From NCBI GenBank assembly GCA_002269645.1, contig NIVC01000722.1, positions 1-64,000 of the forward strand: DNA of 64,000 nucleotides, given 5' to 3'. The DNA is from Macrostomum lignano (lineage: Eukaryota). Numbering within the stretch: the first letter of the stretch is position 1; each line of letters begins with the position of its first letter. This document shows, one piece after another, positions 11,495 through 24,978 of this stretch. The notes under the pieces were generated by a model. That model was not told where the DNA came from, did no database searches, and saw only the letters and a program-made list of their open reading frames with translations. A program made the translations under genes and the position numbers.

Positions 11495-12623
11495 ATGCAC
11501 AGCGAAACAATTCAAGTAGACGATTGGAAGCCCGTCGACGACAAGTACCTGATGCTGACTAATCCGCGCGAATATCGCAAGGCTCGGATGAAGAACCTGA
11601 AGCTGGACAGTGTGCTGCACAAACAGCTGATGGCCTGGCGTAGCGAAGAGCAGCTGGCTCTTGGCCAGCTTCGATTCGCTAGCAGAGAGGCGGAACAGCA
11701 GCGGGAGTCGCTGCGCCAGCAGCTGCTGTTCAGCCGGGCCACCAGTCTGGCCTGCTTGGAGGCGCAAGCTAACGGCGGCGAGTCGCTCAAGAACCAGCTG
11801 GCTCGCCTGCGGCAGAGGTGAATGCACAAACCAATTCTTGTCTATCCGCTTGCAGTCATCATCAGCAAGTACGAGCTGACCAATTGCTACATTCCTGCAG
11901 TGCCCTTGTTGATCCTTGTAGCAGCATCCGGTAGAGTCTCGCCAGCATCCGGTAGATTCTCGCTAGCACCCGGTAGATTCTCGCTAGCATCCGGTAGATT
12001 CTCGCTAGCATCCGGTAGATTCTCGCTAGCATCCGGTAGATTCTTGCTAGCATTCGGTAGATTCTCGCTAGCATCCGGTAGATTCTTGCTAGCATCCGGT
12101 AGATTCTCGCTAGCATCCGGTAGATTCTAATCAGCATCCGGTAAATTCTAATCAGCATCCGGTAGATTCTAATCAACATCCGATAGACTCCAATCAGCAT
12201 CCGGTAGATTCTAATCAGCATCCGGTAGATTATTATCAGCATCCGGTAGATTCTAATCAACATCCGATAGACTCCAATCAGCATCCGGTAGATTCTAATC
12301 AACATCCAATAGACTCCAATCAGCATCCGGTAGATTCCTTTAGGTTTGAGTAGATTCTGTCAGTCATCCGGCAGATTTAATCTATCAGCCAACCCCGCTC
12401 CGACAGCTCAGACATCTACGCCTTGGACTACTCAAAATCGGTTCGGCGTCCCCGCAAGACGGCGCAGCAGCTCCGCCAGGAGGCGGCCCAGCGCTCGGCG
12501 GAGAAACTTGAGACGCAGACCCGAGCCGTGCTGGCGGCGGCTTCCGCCAAGCGCCGTAGCGTCGCCGCCAACGACATGGCTAGCAGTCGCAGAGACAGCG
12601 AAGGCAGACAGCAGAACGCTTGA
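11495..12623 (+). CDS. Uncharacterised coiled-coil protein (~180 aa); exons 11495-11817 and 12407-12623
   Basis: ATG at 11495 just after a CTGCAG acceptor. GC3-rich codons. Phase-2 donor AG|GTGAAT joins the GACAG|C acceptor in frame (..RLRQSSDIYALDYSK..). Helical Q/R/E/A-rich composition; no family recognised. Confidence 0.7.
11926..12380. repeat. 21-bp minisatellite filling the coiled-coil gene intron
   Basis: Unit GCATCCGGTAGATTCTCGCTA, grading into GCATCCGGTAGATTCTAATCA. Confidence 0.92.
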
Positions 12624-12907
12624 TTGAACGGCGATCGGAGCCGCGGACCCTTGAATTCACGTCTGGACTGGAAAGCTTTATTGTACCCTTGTTTTTCAAT
12701 TTGCTTAGTTCATTATACGAGCGTAGCTGAGTGTACGACTTTTCCAGTCCAGATGTTCAGTTCAATGGGCCATGTCGTAACATATCGTTTTTCGCTGAGA
12801 ACAAAACAAATATACCGGAGCACTTTTTATTGTTATGGCACTTGAGCACTTTCAGCTTCTTTAGAATTTAATTTCTTGGAAAAAGTTAGTAGTAGTAAAA
12901 ACGGCTG

Positions 12908-12949
12908 GATAGATAGATAGATAGATAGATAGCTGATAGATAGATAGCT

Positions 12950-12990
<41 letters not shown>

Positions 12991-12992
12991 CT

Positions 12993-13089
<97 letters not shown>

Positions 13090-13105
13090 CTGATAGATAG
13101 ATAGA

Positions 13106-13162
<57 letters not shown>

Positions 13163-13165
13163 CTG
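12908..13165. repeat. (GATA)n/(GATT)n microsatellite
   Basis: Read directly. Confidence 0.95.
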
Positions 13166-13295
13166 ACGGATAGAACTCGCCAAGCCTCCCATTATATCGT
13201 GAAGCATCAATGTTGAGTCAAGCCATTCAGAAGACAATTTTCCAAGTTGCAATGAACTTTCAGCGCGTCTAATTGAAGAAATCGAATAACTTGCT

Positions 13296-16200
13296 ATGGC
13301 GGGTCCGGTGGCGCTGGTCAGGCGCCTGCTCGCTCACCTGTGGAGTCTGGTATGGAGAGTCTGGAATTATTTGGCTAGGTAAGTAAAGTGATAGTCAACT
13401 ATTCTTGGTTGAGATCTGTAACCTTTGGGTTGAGATTCTCTGGGTTGAGATACCAAATCTCTGGGTTGAGATGCCAAATCTCTGGATCGAGATACAAAAT
13501 CTCTGGGTTGAGATACCAAATCTCTGGGTTGAGATACCAAATCTCTGGGAAGAGATACTAAATCTTTCGGTTGAGATACTAAATCTCTGGGTTGAGATGA
13601 CAAATCTCTGGATTGAGATACTAAATCTCTGGGTTGAGATACCAAATCTCTGGGTTAAGATACCAAATCTCTGGGTTGAGATACTAAATCTTTCGGTTGA
13701 GATACCAAATCTCTAGATTGAGATACCAAATCTCTGGGTTGAGATACTAAATCTTTCGGTTGAGATACCAAATCTCTGAGATACCAGCTCTGGGTTGAAC
13801 TTAAATCTCGAGTTACAACCCGTTCTCCCTGATGAATTCCAACCCCAGTCTCAACGACAACGACTGGTTGGCGGCGACATCAAACGAGAATCGCCGGGAG
13901 CAGCTGTTCAATGCCAGCATTCAGTCGGAGTCGCTCAGCCTGCCCTGGACAATGGAGATGGCCCAGCTGCCCGGCGGTACGCTTGACCCTGCATCACTTT
14001 CTTGTGCAGCTTATTTAGTCACTTTATTTATCGCCGTCGCCTTCTTACAGAGGACACCTTAGAGTTTACCTGCGTCTACAATCTGGCACCCGACAGCGGC
14101 CTGAGCGACGTGCAAATCGACCGGATTGGCGTCCTGCGCTCTGTCGGTGTTGCCGAGTTTTACACCGACTGCCTGGGTAACTGGCCAGCCTTCCTCACGG
14201 ACTCCCGGGTTGCTGCTCTCGACTGGAGGTGGGTGACTGACTGACTGACTGCCTGACTGCCTGACTGACTGACTGACTGACTGACTGCCTGACTGATTGA
14301 CTGACTGACTGACTGACTGACTGACTGACTGACTGACTGACTGACTGACTGCCTGACTGACTGCCTAACTGACTGACTGACTGACTGACTGACTGACTGA
14401 CTGACTGACTGCCTGACTGATTGACTGACTGCCTGACTGACTGCCTGACTGACTGACTGACTGACTGCCTGACTGACTGACTGACTGACTGCCTGACTGC
14501 CTGACTGACTGACTGACTGACTGACTGCCTAACTGACTGACTGACTGACTGACTGACTGACTGACTGACTGACTGACTGACTGACTGCCTGACTGACTGA
14601 CTGCCTGACTGACTGACTGCCTGACTGACTAACTGACTGACTGACTGACTGACTGACTGCCTGCCTGACTGACTGACTGACTGCCTGACTGACTGACTGA
14701 CTGACTGACTGACTTCCTGACTGACTGACTGACTGCCTGACTGACTGACTGACTGACTGACTGACTGACTGACTGACTGACTGACTGCCTGACTGACTGA
14801 CTGCCTGACTGACTGACTGCCTGACTGACTAACTGACTGACTGACTGACTGACTGACTGCCTGCCTGACTGACTGACTGACTGCCTGACTGACTGACTGA
14901 CTGACTGACTGCCTGACTGACTGACTGCCTGACTGACTGACTGACTGACTGCCTGACTGACTGACTGACTGACTGACTGGCTGGCTGTCTGACTGACTGC
15001 CTGACTGACTGCCTAACTGACTGACTGACTGACTGACTGACTGACTGACTGACTGCCTGACTGATTGACTGACTGCCTGACTGACTGCCTGACTGACTGA
15101 CTGACTGACTGACTGACTGTCTGACTGCCTGACTGACTGACTGACTGACTGACTGCCTAACTGACTGACTGACTGACTGACTGACTGACTGACTGACTGA
15201 CTGACTGCCTGACTGACTGACTGCCTGACTGACTGACTGCCTGACTGACTAACTGACTGACTGACTGACTGACTGACTGCCTGCCTGACTGACTGACTGA
15301 CTGCCTGACTGCCTGACTGACTGACTGACTGACTGCCTGACTGACTGACTGCCTGACTGACTGACTGACTGACTGCCTGACTGACTGCCTGACTGACTGA
15401 CTGACTGCCTGACTGACTGACTGCCTGACTGACTGACTGCCTGACTGACTAACTGACTGACTGACTGACTGACTGACTGCCTGCCTGCCTGACTGACTGA
15501 CTGACTGCCTGACTGCCTGACTGACTGCCTGACTGACTGACTGCCTGACTGACTGACTGACTGACTGCCTGACTGACTGACTGACTGACTGACTGGCTGG
15601 CTGTCTGACTGACTGGCTGACTGACTGGCTGACTGAGTCACGACTCTAGGGCTCTATGACTCTATGACTATATGACTCTCTGATTCTATGATTCTATGAC
15701 TCTGACTCTATGACTCTTTGACTCTATGACTCTATGACTCTATGACTCTTTGACTCTATGACTCTCTGATTCTATCTATGACTCTATGACTCTATGACTC
15801 TATGACTCTTTGACTCTATGACTTTCTGATTCTATGACTCTATGACTCTATGACTCTCTGATTCTATGACTCTGATTCTATGACTCTCTGACTCTATGAC
15901 TCTCTGATTCTATGACTCTATGATTTTATGACTCTCTGATTCTATGACTATATGACTCTATGACTCTATGACTCTCTGATTCTATGACTCTTTGACTCTA
16001 TGACTCTATGATTCTATCTATGACTCTATGATTTTATGACTCTCTGATTCTATGACTATATGACTCTATGACTCTATGACTCTCTGATTCTATGACTCTC
16101 TGATTCTATGACTCTTTGACTCTATGACTCTATGATTCTATCTATGACTCTATGATTTTATGACTCTCTGATTCTATGACTATATGACTCTATGACTCTA

Positions 16201-17021
16201 TGACTCTCTGATTCTATGACTCTCTGATTCTATGACTCTTTGACTCTATGACTCTATGATTCTATCTATGACTCTATGATTTTATGACTCTCTGATTCTA
16301 TGACTATATGACTCTATGACTCTATGACTCTCTGATTCTATGACTCTGACTCTATGACTCTATGACTCTATGACTCTCTGATTCTATGACCCACTGACTC
16401 ACTGCCTGGCACATCCACCCCAGCGAGTCATCCAGTGGTGTGGTCGCGGCCCGACTGCCGAACGCCAGCGCAGGCCTGTCCTACTCCCCTCAGTCCTACC
16501 CTCTGGTCGCATTCGCATTCGGCTCGTACACTTTCACCGGAAGCGAAGCCTCAACCGGAAGTGACGCTGACGACAGCGAATCTGGGGCCGGAAGCGCGGA
16601 GGCTACCGCCGGAAGACATCGGCAGCGCAGCTTCCGGTGCTGCCTGGCCGCGGTGCTCCACGTGCGCCTGTTGCCGGAGCAGCCGGCCAGTCAGATCATG
16701 CGCAGGTTCTTCTTGCGCTGGCCGCCAGAGCTGGAGGAGTGCGCAGCGTGGCAGCCGCACGTGTTGGAGCTGCGGCCGTACTTCAGCACGGCTGATTCTT
16801 CATCTTCGCCATCATCGTCGGATGCTGACGGCAGCTGCGTTGTCTGCCAGTCGGCTCCGGCCAGCATCCTGCTGCTGCCCTGTCGGCACGCTTGCGTCTG
16901 CGCCGACTGCGCCGCCCGGCTGCCTTCGGATCTGTGCCCGCTGTGCCGCCGGCTCGCGCACTCCCGCCTGGCGCTTCCAATCCGAGTGCAGCCGCCGCCG
17001 GAGCCGCCGCCTGTTCATTGA
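13296..17021 (+). CDS. CGRRF1: CGRRF1-like RING (C3HC4) E3 ligase; exons 13296-13378, 13849-13976, 14051-14228, 16424-17021
   Basis: C-terminal CVVCQ..PASILLLPCRHACVCADC....CPLCR RING, with a hydrophobic N-terminus (LAHLWSLVWRVWNYL). The four exons join with phases 2, 1, 2. Orthology is by motif recognition only. Confidence 0.78.
13408..13795. repeat. 21-bp minisatellite in RING-gene intron 1
   Basis: Unit GTTGAGATACCAAATCTCTGG. Confidence 0.92.
14234..16390. repeat. Compound array in RING-gene intron 3: (GACT/GCCT)n to ~15636, then (GACTCTAT)-based array 15650-16390
   Basis: Read directly; fills nearly the whole 2.2-kb intron. Confidence 0.95.
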
Positions 17022-17176
17022 TTGGCGCTGGTTTTTTTGGTTTCGAAAAATATCGGTAATAAAACGCTATTTTTACTACTTGCGCATGTAAGTAGTTATG
17101 CAGTTATTAAAGAGGCTGGTGCGCTTAGTACGTATATTCGCTTTGATCTGTGTGTTGGTCAGAATTTTGTAATAAG

Positions 17177-17330
17177 GGGTGGTAGCCTAGTGGTCAGAGC
17201 GTTGGACTCACGACTTGAAGGTCGGGGGTTCGATTCTCGACCCACTCAGAACAATTTGTGTTCTTGAGCAAGACACTTAACTCTGCATTGCTTCAGTTCA
17301 CCCAGAGCTGTAAAATGGGTGCCAGCATTA
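17177..17330 (+). mobile_element. tRNA-derived SINE with CORE-like domain (3' end uncertain, may extend to ~17500)
   Basis: A box TAGCCTAGTGG (~17183) and B box GGTTCGATTC (17227). These are followed by GTGTTCTTGAGCAAGACACTTAACTCTGCATTGCTTCAGTTCACCCAGAGCTGTAAAATGGG, which resembles the MIR/CORE consensus (GTGACCTTGGGCAAGTTACTTAACC...CTCAGTTTC...CTGTAAAATGGG). Confidence 0.68.
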
Positions 17331-18370
17331 GCTGGGGTGATTGAGGATGTATGTGGCGACCCCCCAGTCCTTGGACTGAACAGCCGTACGCAGCGTCAGA
17401 TGCGCCGCGCAATAGCAGCGGCTCAGTAGTAGGTAAAGTGAATGACATGGCGGTTTACTGGATTTCGTGCAACCAGTGGCTAAATATATATGTGTATACT
17501 CGGTATTATACACCACTGAATCGATAGAAGCTTAGTAGCATACGTATTGCGCAATTTTTATCTTTCATTTAATTATTTAAGCAAGTCTAGGAATATAGCT
17601 ACTAATATGCATTTAAATGGAAAAGAGTACCTGAATGCAACAATCTTATTACTAATATGCTTGATTCAAGAAACAAAAAAGAACAAAAATATCACTTGTG
17701 AGTACTCGTATTTACAACTTTGGCGTCGGGCCTATGAAGTACAATATGAAACAATATGAAAATAAAACTTTCAGTGCACAACTATACCCGGTATAAAATA
17801 CAGCAGAGTAACATGCTGTGCATGCTAAATTAAAGGAATGAAAATCTTCACTCCCCAGATCAAATACGGCCATTGATTTTGTGACAAAAATTAATATTTC
17901 CTATTTCTGCAGTGTATTTTTTCAGGAAACTGACCAAAAATCTACACGATCTCCCAGGGCACAGGGAGTGTACAAACATGCCTGACGATAAGAAACTCGG
18001 GACCGCTGTCTTTTTCTTCATGTTTAAAGCTTGCACAATTTCATACTCGCTACTATCAGTAGCGTAGTCGCAGAGTTTAATTTGTTTAAATAGGTTAAAG
18101 ATGTTGAAGATGTTGAACAAATGTTAAAGACGAACTTCTCCTAAGGTTAAACAGCCACGTCTGTGAGCCTCTATCGCACTATCTTTGAGCAGCGACTCAA
18201 GTTTCACCTGCTATTTTCGTTTCAAAGCAAAATACAAAGCGATAAGGGCAGCCCTTTTAGAATTTTTACGGTCGCTGCATCTGATACTCGTAAAACAGCG
18301 TTGCCGAACAAGATTATAATAGCTGGTATTTACTGCAATTTTGGAAGAGATACACAGAACAAGCCGCGGA

Positions 18371-18807
<437 letters not shown>

Positions 18808-19315
18808 ATGAGATGACAAGAAGCAGTCGAGGGTGTCAGATGATAATGAAGATTGAAATGCTGAGAGTCGGAGTCGCCGAGTCGATGTGCCAAGTCTGCA
18901 TGCTCATTTCTTCAAAATAGGGTTTGGTACGAGCATAAATGTACATCACGATCCAGCATTGTGCAGGGGTTCGGCCTGAGACATGAATCGGTATTTCATC
19001 TGATTTTTTCACAGTCTAATAGCAATACGTAGAATGCGCTGTAGTGTGGTAGTTATTATAAGTATGAGAAAAGCCCATCCGAGCGACCGGGTCGCAGCGG
19101 GGGAAGCCATAAAACAATTTTGCCTCAGCTTCCGATTAGGCTGCGATCAATTATTAACTCGCCTGAATGAACCGCGGCTTCATCAGCCAGAATCCTGCGT
19201 GGCTTAGTTAGAAATACTCTCTCGGGATCGTCTCGTGTGCAGTAGGACCTGCCAGTCGCTACGTACGCTGTCATTTACTGTAGCGACTTTCTTTAGCTGT
19301 CTGTGTCTGCTATAT

Positions 19316-20768
19316 CGGTAGACAGCGGATGACTATTAGTAGACAGCGGATGATAATCAGTAGAGAGCGGATGACTATTAGTAGACAGCGGATGATAATC
19401 AGTAGAGAGCGGATGATAATCAGTAGAGAGCGGATGATAATCAGTAGAGAGTGGATGAGAATCGGTAGAGATCGGATGAGAATCGGTAGAGAGCGGATGA
19501 GAATCGGTAGAAAGCGGATGATAATCAGTAGAGAGCGGATGATAATCAGTAGAGAGCGGATGATAATCAGTAGAGAGTGGATGAGAATCGGTAGAGATCG
19601 GATGAGAATCAGTAGAGAGCGGATGAGAATCAGTAGAGAGCGGATGATAATCAGTAGAGAGCGGATGATAATCAGTAGAGAGCGGATGATAATCAGTAGA
19701 GAGTGGATGATAATCATTAGAGAGCGGGTGATAATCGGTAGAGATCGGATGATAATCAGTAGAGAACGGATGATAATCAGTAGAGAGCGGATGATAATCA
19801 GTAGAGAGCGGGTGATAATCGGTAGAGATCGGATGAGAATCGGTAGAGAGCGGATGAGAATCAGTAGAGAGTGGATGATAATCAGTAGAGAGCGGATGAT
19901 AATCAGTAGAGAGCGGATGAGAATCGGTAGAGAGCGGATGAGAATCGGTTGAAATCGGATGAGAATCGGTTGAAATCGGATGAGAATCGGTAGAGAGCGG
20001 ATGAGAATCGGTAGAGATCGGGTGATAATCAGTAGAGAGCGGATGATAATCAGTAGAGAGCGGATGATAATCAGTAGAGAGCGGATGAGAATCAGTAGAG
20101 AGCGGATGATAATCAGTAGAGAGTGGATGAGAATCGGTAGAGATCGGATGAGAATCAGTAGAGAGCGGATGATAATCAGTAGAGAGCGGGTGATAATCGG
20201 TAGAGATCGGATGAGAATCGGTAGAGAGCGGATGAGAGTCAGTAGAGAGTGGATGATAATCAGTAGAGAGCGGATGATAATCAGTAGAGAGCGGATGATA
20301 ATCAGTAGAGAGCGGATGATAATCAGTAGAGAGCGGATGATAATCAGTAGAGAGTGGATGAGAATCGGTAGAGATCGGATGAGAATCAGTAGAGAGCGGA
20401 TGATAATCAGTAGAGAGCGGATGATAATCAGTAGAGATCGGATGAGAATCGGTAGAGAGTGGATGATAATCAGTAGAGAGCGGATGATAATCAGTAGAGA
20501 GCGGATGAGAATCAGTAGAGAGCGGATGATAATCAGTAGAGAGCGGATGATAATCAGTAGAGAGCGGATGAGAATCGGTAGAGATCGGGTGATAATCAGT
20601 AGAGAGCGGATGATAATCAGTAGAGAGCGGATGATAATCAGTAGAGAGCGGATGAGAATCAGTAGAGAGCGGATGATAATCAGTAGAGAGCGGATGAGAA
20701 TCGGTAGAGAGCGGATGATAATCAGTAGAGAGCGGATGAGAATCGGGTAGAGAGCGGATGATAATCTG
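19316..20768. repeat. 21-bp minisatellite, ~69 copies
   Basis: Unit CAGTAGAGAGCGGATGATAAT with GAGAATCGG variants. Confidence 0.95.
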
Positions 20769-21485
20769 ATAAAAGAGGCCAATAAAGCCCCACACGGAAA
20801 AGATTCGGCAGGCAAGTCAATACCAAAGTCAGGCACAACCAAAGGCGACTCGCAAAACTTTTCTGTTGCCCTGCGCCCCCCCCCACTATAGCGCATAAAC
20901 AGAAATGCTGTCTTAGCCTACCCTGGCCTGCTTTTAGAAGCAGATGCGGACGCAGATACGCGAAGCTAAGGGAGGTGAAATCTGTCCAGATGACTTGAAC
21001 CGGTGGCTGGGGGGGGGGGTGGTGGGGAAGGCAGCCGCAATAAACACACAGAGGCAGAAAGCCAAACTATAAAGCAATCAATCAGAACGAACTGGGATAC
21101 GGGCCGAGGGAGAACCGCGAGAGGATTTGGGGGAGGGGGGGGGGAGATTTTCCCTAGCGGCCTGCCCTCGGCGCACTGCATATCCCGCCTCCCTCAACTG
21201 TTTCTTTCTGTTCCCCTTTTCGCCGCAAGCTGCTGGCAGCCATCACCGGGATGAAGGTTATTATTTATGCATCCGGGTGATACGCTATTGTATGCCATAG
21301 CTATTGGAAGACAGGTACTCGTAGGTGTAAACTTGGCCCGAATTTTGGGGGCAAGGCAGCTCAGTGGTAACCAAGTCCATCCACTATGGCTGAACCTTGA
21401 GGCGCAGAGAGCTGAGAGAGTGTACATTGCGTGAGAATGAAAAAGAAAGTCGGGGCCGCTGTCAGTGGTGTTTGTATTTTGATGA

Positions 21486-22472
21486 GCGCCCCTGTCTCTT
21501 GGTGGGGGTGGGCGCCCCTGTCTCCTAGGTGGGGGTGGGCGCCCCTGTCTCCTAGGTGGGGGTGGGCGCCCCTGTCTCCTAGGTGGGGGTGGGCGCCCCT
21601 GTCTCTTGGTGGGGCAGGGCGCCCCTGTCTCTTGGTGGGGGTGGGCGCCCCTGTCTCTTGGTGGGGGTGGGCGCCCCTGTCTCTTGGTGGGGGTGGGCGC
21701 CCCTGTCTCTTGGTGGGGGTGGGCGCCCCTGTCTCTTAGTGGGGGTGGGCGCCCCTGTCTCCTAGGTGGGGGTGGGCGCCCCTGTCTCCTAGGTGGGGGT
21801 GGGCGCCCCTGTCTCCTAGTGGGGGTGGGCGCCCCTGTCTCGAAGTTGGGGGTGGGCGCCCCTGTCTCTTGGTGGGGCAGGGCGCCCCTGTCTCTTGGTG
21901 GGGCAGGGCGCCCCTGTCTCGTAGGTGGGGGTGGGCGCCCTTGTCTCTTGGTGGGGCAGGGCGCCCCTGTCTCGTAGGTGGGGGTGGGCGCCCTTGTCTC
22001 GTAGGTGGGGGTGGGCGCCCCTGTCTCGTAGGTGGGGCAGGGCGCCCCTGTCTCTTGATGGGCGCCCCTGTCTCGTAGGTGGGGCTGGGCGCCCTGTCTC
22101 GTAGGTGGGGGTGGGCGCCCCTGTCTCGTAGTTGGGGTGGGCGCCCCTGTCTCGTAGTTGGGGTGGGCGCCCCTGTCTCGTAGTTGGGGTGGGCGCCCCT
22201 GTCTCCTAGGTGGGCGCCTCTGTATCCTAGGTGGGCGCCCCTGTCTCCTAGGTGGGCGCCTCTGTATCCTAGGTGGGCGCCCCTGTCTCCTAGGTGGGCG
22301 CCTCTGTATCCTAGGTGGGCGCCCCTGTCTCCTAGGTGGGCGCCTCTGTATCCTAGGTGGGCGCCCCTGTCTCCTAGGTGGGCGCCTCTGTATCCTAGGT
22401 GGGCGCCCCTGTCTCCTAGGTGGGCGCCCCTGTCTCCTAGGTGGGCGCCCCTGTCTCCTAGGTGGGCGCCCC
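21486..22472. repeat. GC-rich minisatellite, 27-bp unit shifting to a 21-bp unit near 22190
   Basis: GGTGGGGGTGGGCGCCCCTGTCTC(TT/CTA), then GGTGGGCGCCCCTGTCTCCTA. Confidence 0.95.
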
Positions 22473-23131
22473 TGGCAGCAGTTGAGCACATGTCATTCGT
22501 CCAGCTTGGATGTCCAGCTTGGATACGAGCATGGTGGCTAATAGACCCTTGTGCTGCACACTATGAAAATGGAGAAATGGAGGCGCGATGAGTGATGTGG
22601 GAGGGCTGTCTGCACGATGCGGTAGTAAGGAAAAATCAATGCTGCGGAGTGTGCCGTGTCACGTGATGTGCAGATCGCTTCTTTTTTCCAGGCGAGCTCT
22701 ACTGTGAGATACTTTTTTGTTGTTTCCCCTAAAACAGCCTCGCCTTCTGCCGCTGCCCCTGGCGGGGAGTGGATAAATTGGTAATACATAAAACACAGCA
22801 GCAAGTCATCAACTTTAACATAGCCGCTGGGCTGCGTGGGCCTGGTTTGTGTTGCATAATAGAGTGCACTTGGGCGGTTGGACTCTGTCGTGTGCTGTGG
22901 AGAGTCGGTTTGGAGCAGTCATTCCCAGTCGCGGTGTGCCCTGATAAAGGCAGCAGATAAAGTGAGGGAGAGGAGAAAATGGGCCTGGCGAATGAAGAGG
23001 TAAAGAGAGAGGAAGCAGAACGAGCCTGCCAAGTGTGAGAAACATGGTAGATTGGGATTAGACAGGATGAAGGGGAGAGACTAAGGGATTGTAGAGGGAA
23101 TTTAAGAGCGAGGGAAGGAGTACGAGAGACA

Positions 23132-23650
23132 TGGTGAGAGTGAGAGGGTGGGAGTGAGAGAGGGTGAGAGTGACAGACGGTGGGAATGAGAGAGGTTGAG
23201 AGTGAGAGAGGGTGAGAGTGAGAGACGGTGGGAATGAGAGAGGGTGAGAGTGAGAGAGGGTGAGAGTGAGAAAGGGTGAGAGTGAGAGAGGGTGAGAGTG
23301 AGAGAGGGTGAGAGTGAGAGAGGGTGAGAGTGAGAGAGGGTGAGAGTGAGAGAGGGTGAGAGTGAGAGAGGGTGAGATTGAGAGAGGGTGAGAGTGAGAG
23401 AGGGTGAGAGTGAGAGAGGGTGAGAGAGAGGTTTAGAGTGAGAGAGGGTGAGAGTGAGAGAGGATGAGAGAGAGGGTGAGAGTGAGAGAGGGTGAGAGTG
23501 AAAGAGGGTGAGAGTGAGAGAGAGGGTGAGAGTGAGAGAGAGGGTGAGAGTGAGAGAGGGTGAGAGTGAGAGAGGGTGAGAGTGAGAAAGGGTGGGAGTG
23601 AGAGAGAGGGTGAGAGTGAGAGAGAGGGTGAGACTGAGAGAGAGTGAGGA
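23132..23650. repeat. GAGAGT/GAGAGG purine-rich satellite
   Basis: Units of about GTGAGAGTGAGAGAGG. Confidence 0.9.
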
Positions 23651-23864
23651 GAGCCAGTTCATAAAAAGAAAGTAAGGCAGCGCACAGGCTGATAAGGCCA
23701 GCAGGATTCGATGCCAAATCAGAGAGGAAATCGAGGCAAAAAGTTAACGAGGCAGAAAGCAGATACAGGCAAGGGCTAAAGATACATGTATGAGTAGATA
23801 ACGCAATCCAATGGGAGAGAGATATCGAATTATTCAGTCTTCACAAAGTGTTGGAAATCCTGTG

Positions 23865-24280
23865 TGAAGATTTGGGTTTGTGAAGATTATTGTTTATGAA
23901 GATTTGGGTTTGTGAAGATTATTGTTTATGAAGATTAGGGTTTGTGAAGATTAGGGCTTGTGAAGATTATTGTTTATGAAGATTAGGGTTTGTGAAGATT
24001 AGGGCTTGTGAAGATTTGGGTTTGTGAAGATTTGGATTTGTGAAGATTTGGGTTTATGAAGATTATTGTTTATGAAGATTAGGGTTTGTTAAGATTAGGG
24101 CTTGTAAAGATTGGGGTTTGTGAAGATAAGGGTTTGTGAAGATTAGGGCTTGTAAAGATTGGGGTTTGTGAAGATAAGGGTTTGTGAAGATTAGGGCTTG
24201 TAAAGATTGGGGTTTGTGAAGATTAGGGTTTGTGAAGATTAGGGCTTGTGAAGATAAGGGTTTGTGAAGGTTGGGGTTTG
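23865..24280. repeat. 16-bp minisatellite
   Basis: Unit GTGAAGATTAGGG(T/C)TT. Confidence 0.9.
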
Positions 24281-24707
24281 TCAAAGAGGATGTATCGCCA
24301 GTATTCTTATTGCAAGATCTTCTTCTTTCTTCTTCCTGAAAAAGCTGTAATTATCATTGCTGACCGCCAGTTGACCGGAGACGACCTGCAAGGTTTTGTA
24401 TAGGGGCTGAGAATAGAAAATGAGATGAAGCGCAGATGAATAGGGATGGGGAGTCGGAGGCTGGAACCGAGATCTCCGCAGGTCGATGCTGACGGAGCTG
24501 GAGAGGCTGAGGGAGGCAGTCACTTCCGCATCAGTTTTTGCAAGTATGAGAGGACTTTAAAAGCTTGACTGAACGGCGAGATGGAGAAAAGAAGAGAGAA
24601 GAGAAATCACTGGCAACTTGAGAAAATTGTCCAACTGTGCGCTGCGCTGCATGCTGTAGTGATCAGCAACATCTGTTCTTTGTAAACTTGCTTAACTGTT
24701 AGCTGCA

Positions 24708-24978
24708 CTCCAGTGAGACAGTGAGGTAAACACTGGGATACTCCAGTGAGACAGTGAGATAAACACTGGGATACTCCAGTGAGACAGTGAGATAAACATT
24801 GGGATACTCCAGTGAGACAGTGAGATAAACACTGGGATACTCCAGTGAGACAGTGAGATAAACACTGGGATACTCCAGTGAGACAGTGTGATAAACACTG
24901 GGATACTCCAGTGAGACAGTGAGATAAACACTGGGATACTCCAGTGAGACAGTGCGATAAACACTGGGATACTCCAGA
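24708..24978. repeat. 33-bp minisatellite, ~8 copies
   Basis: Unit CCAGTGAGACAGTGAGATAAACACTGGGATACT. Confidence 0.93.

Noticed and set aside
13977-14009. 33-nt intron in the RING gene
   Set aside because: It leads to a stop at 14062; the acceptor at 14050 gives an open, phase-consistent path.
17177-17250. Functional tRNA gene
   Set aside because: The acceptor stem does not pair well, there is no poly-T terminator, and it continues into a CORE-like SINE body.
17860-18120. THAP-domain relic (LC...KKTAVPSF)
   Set aside because: Only the AVP(S/T) motif matches; the C2CH ligands cannot be found.
19293-20896. 500-528-aa ORFs (DYHPLST, IIRSLL, MIISRER repeats)
   Set aside because: Stop-free translations of a 21-bp satellite on both strands, with no splice or codon-bias support.
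21194-22591. Pro/Arg/Gly-rich ORFs
   Set aside because: Translation of GC-rich 27/21-bp arrays.
23865-24280. TTAGGG motifs as interstitial telomere
   Set aside because: TTAGGG occurs once per 16-bp unit and never in tandem.
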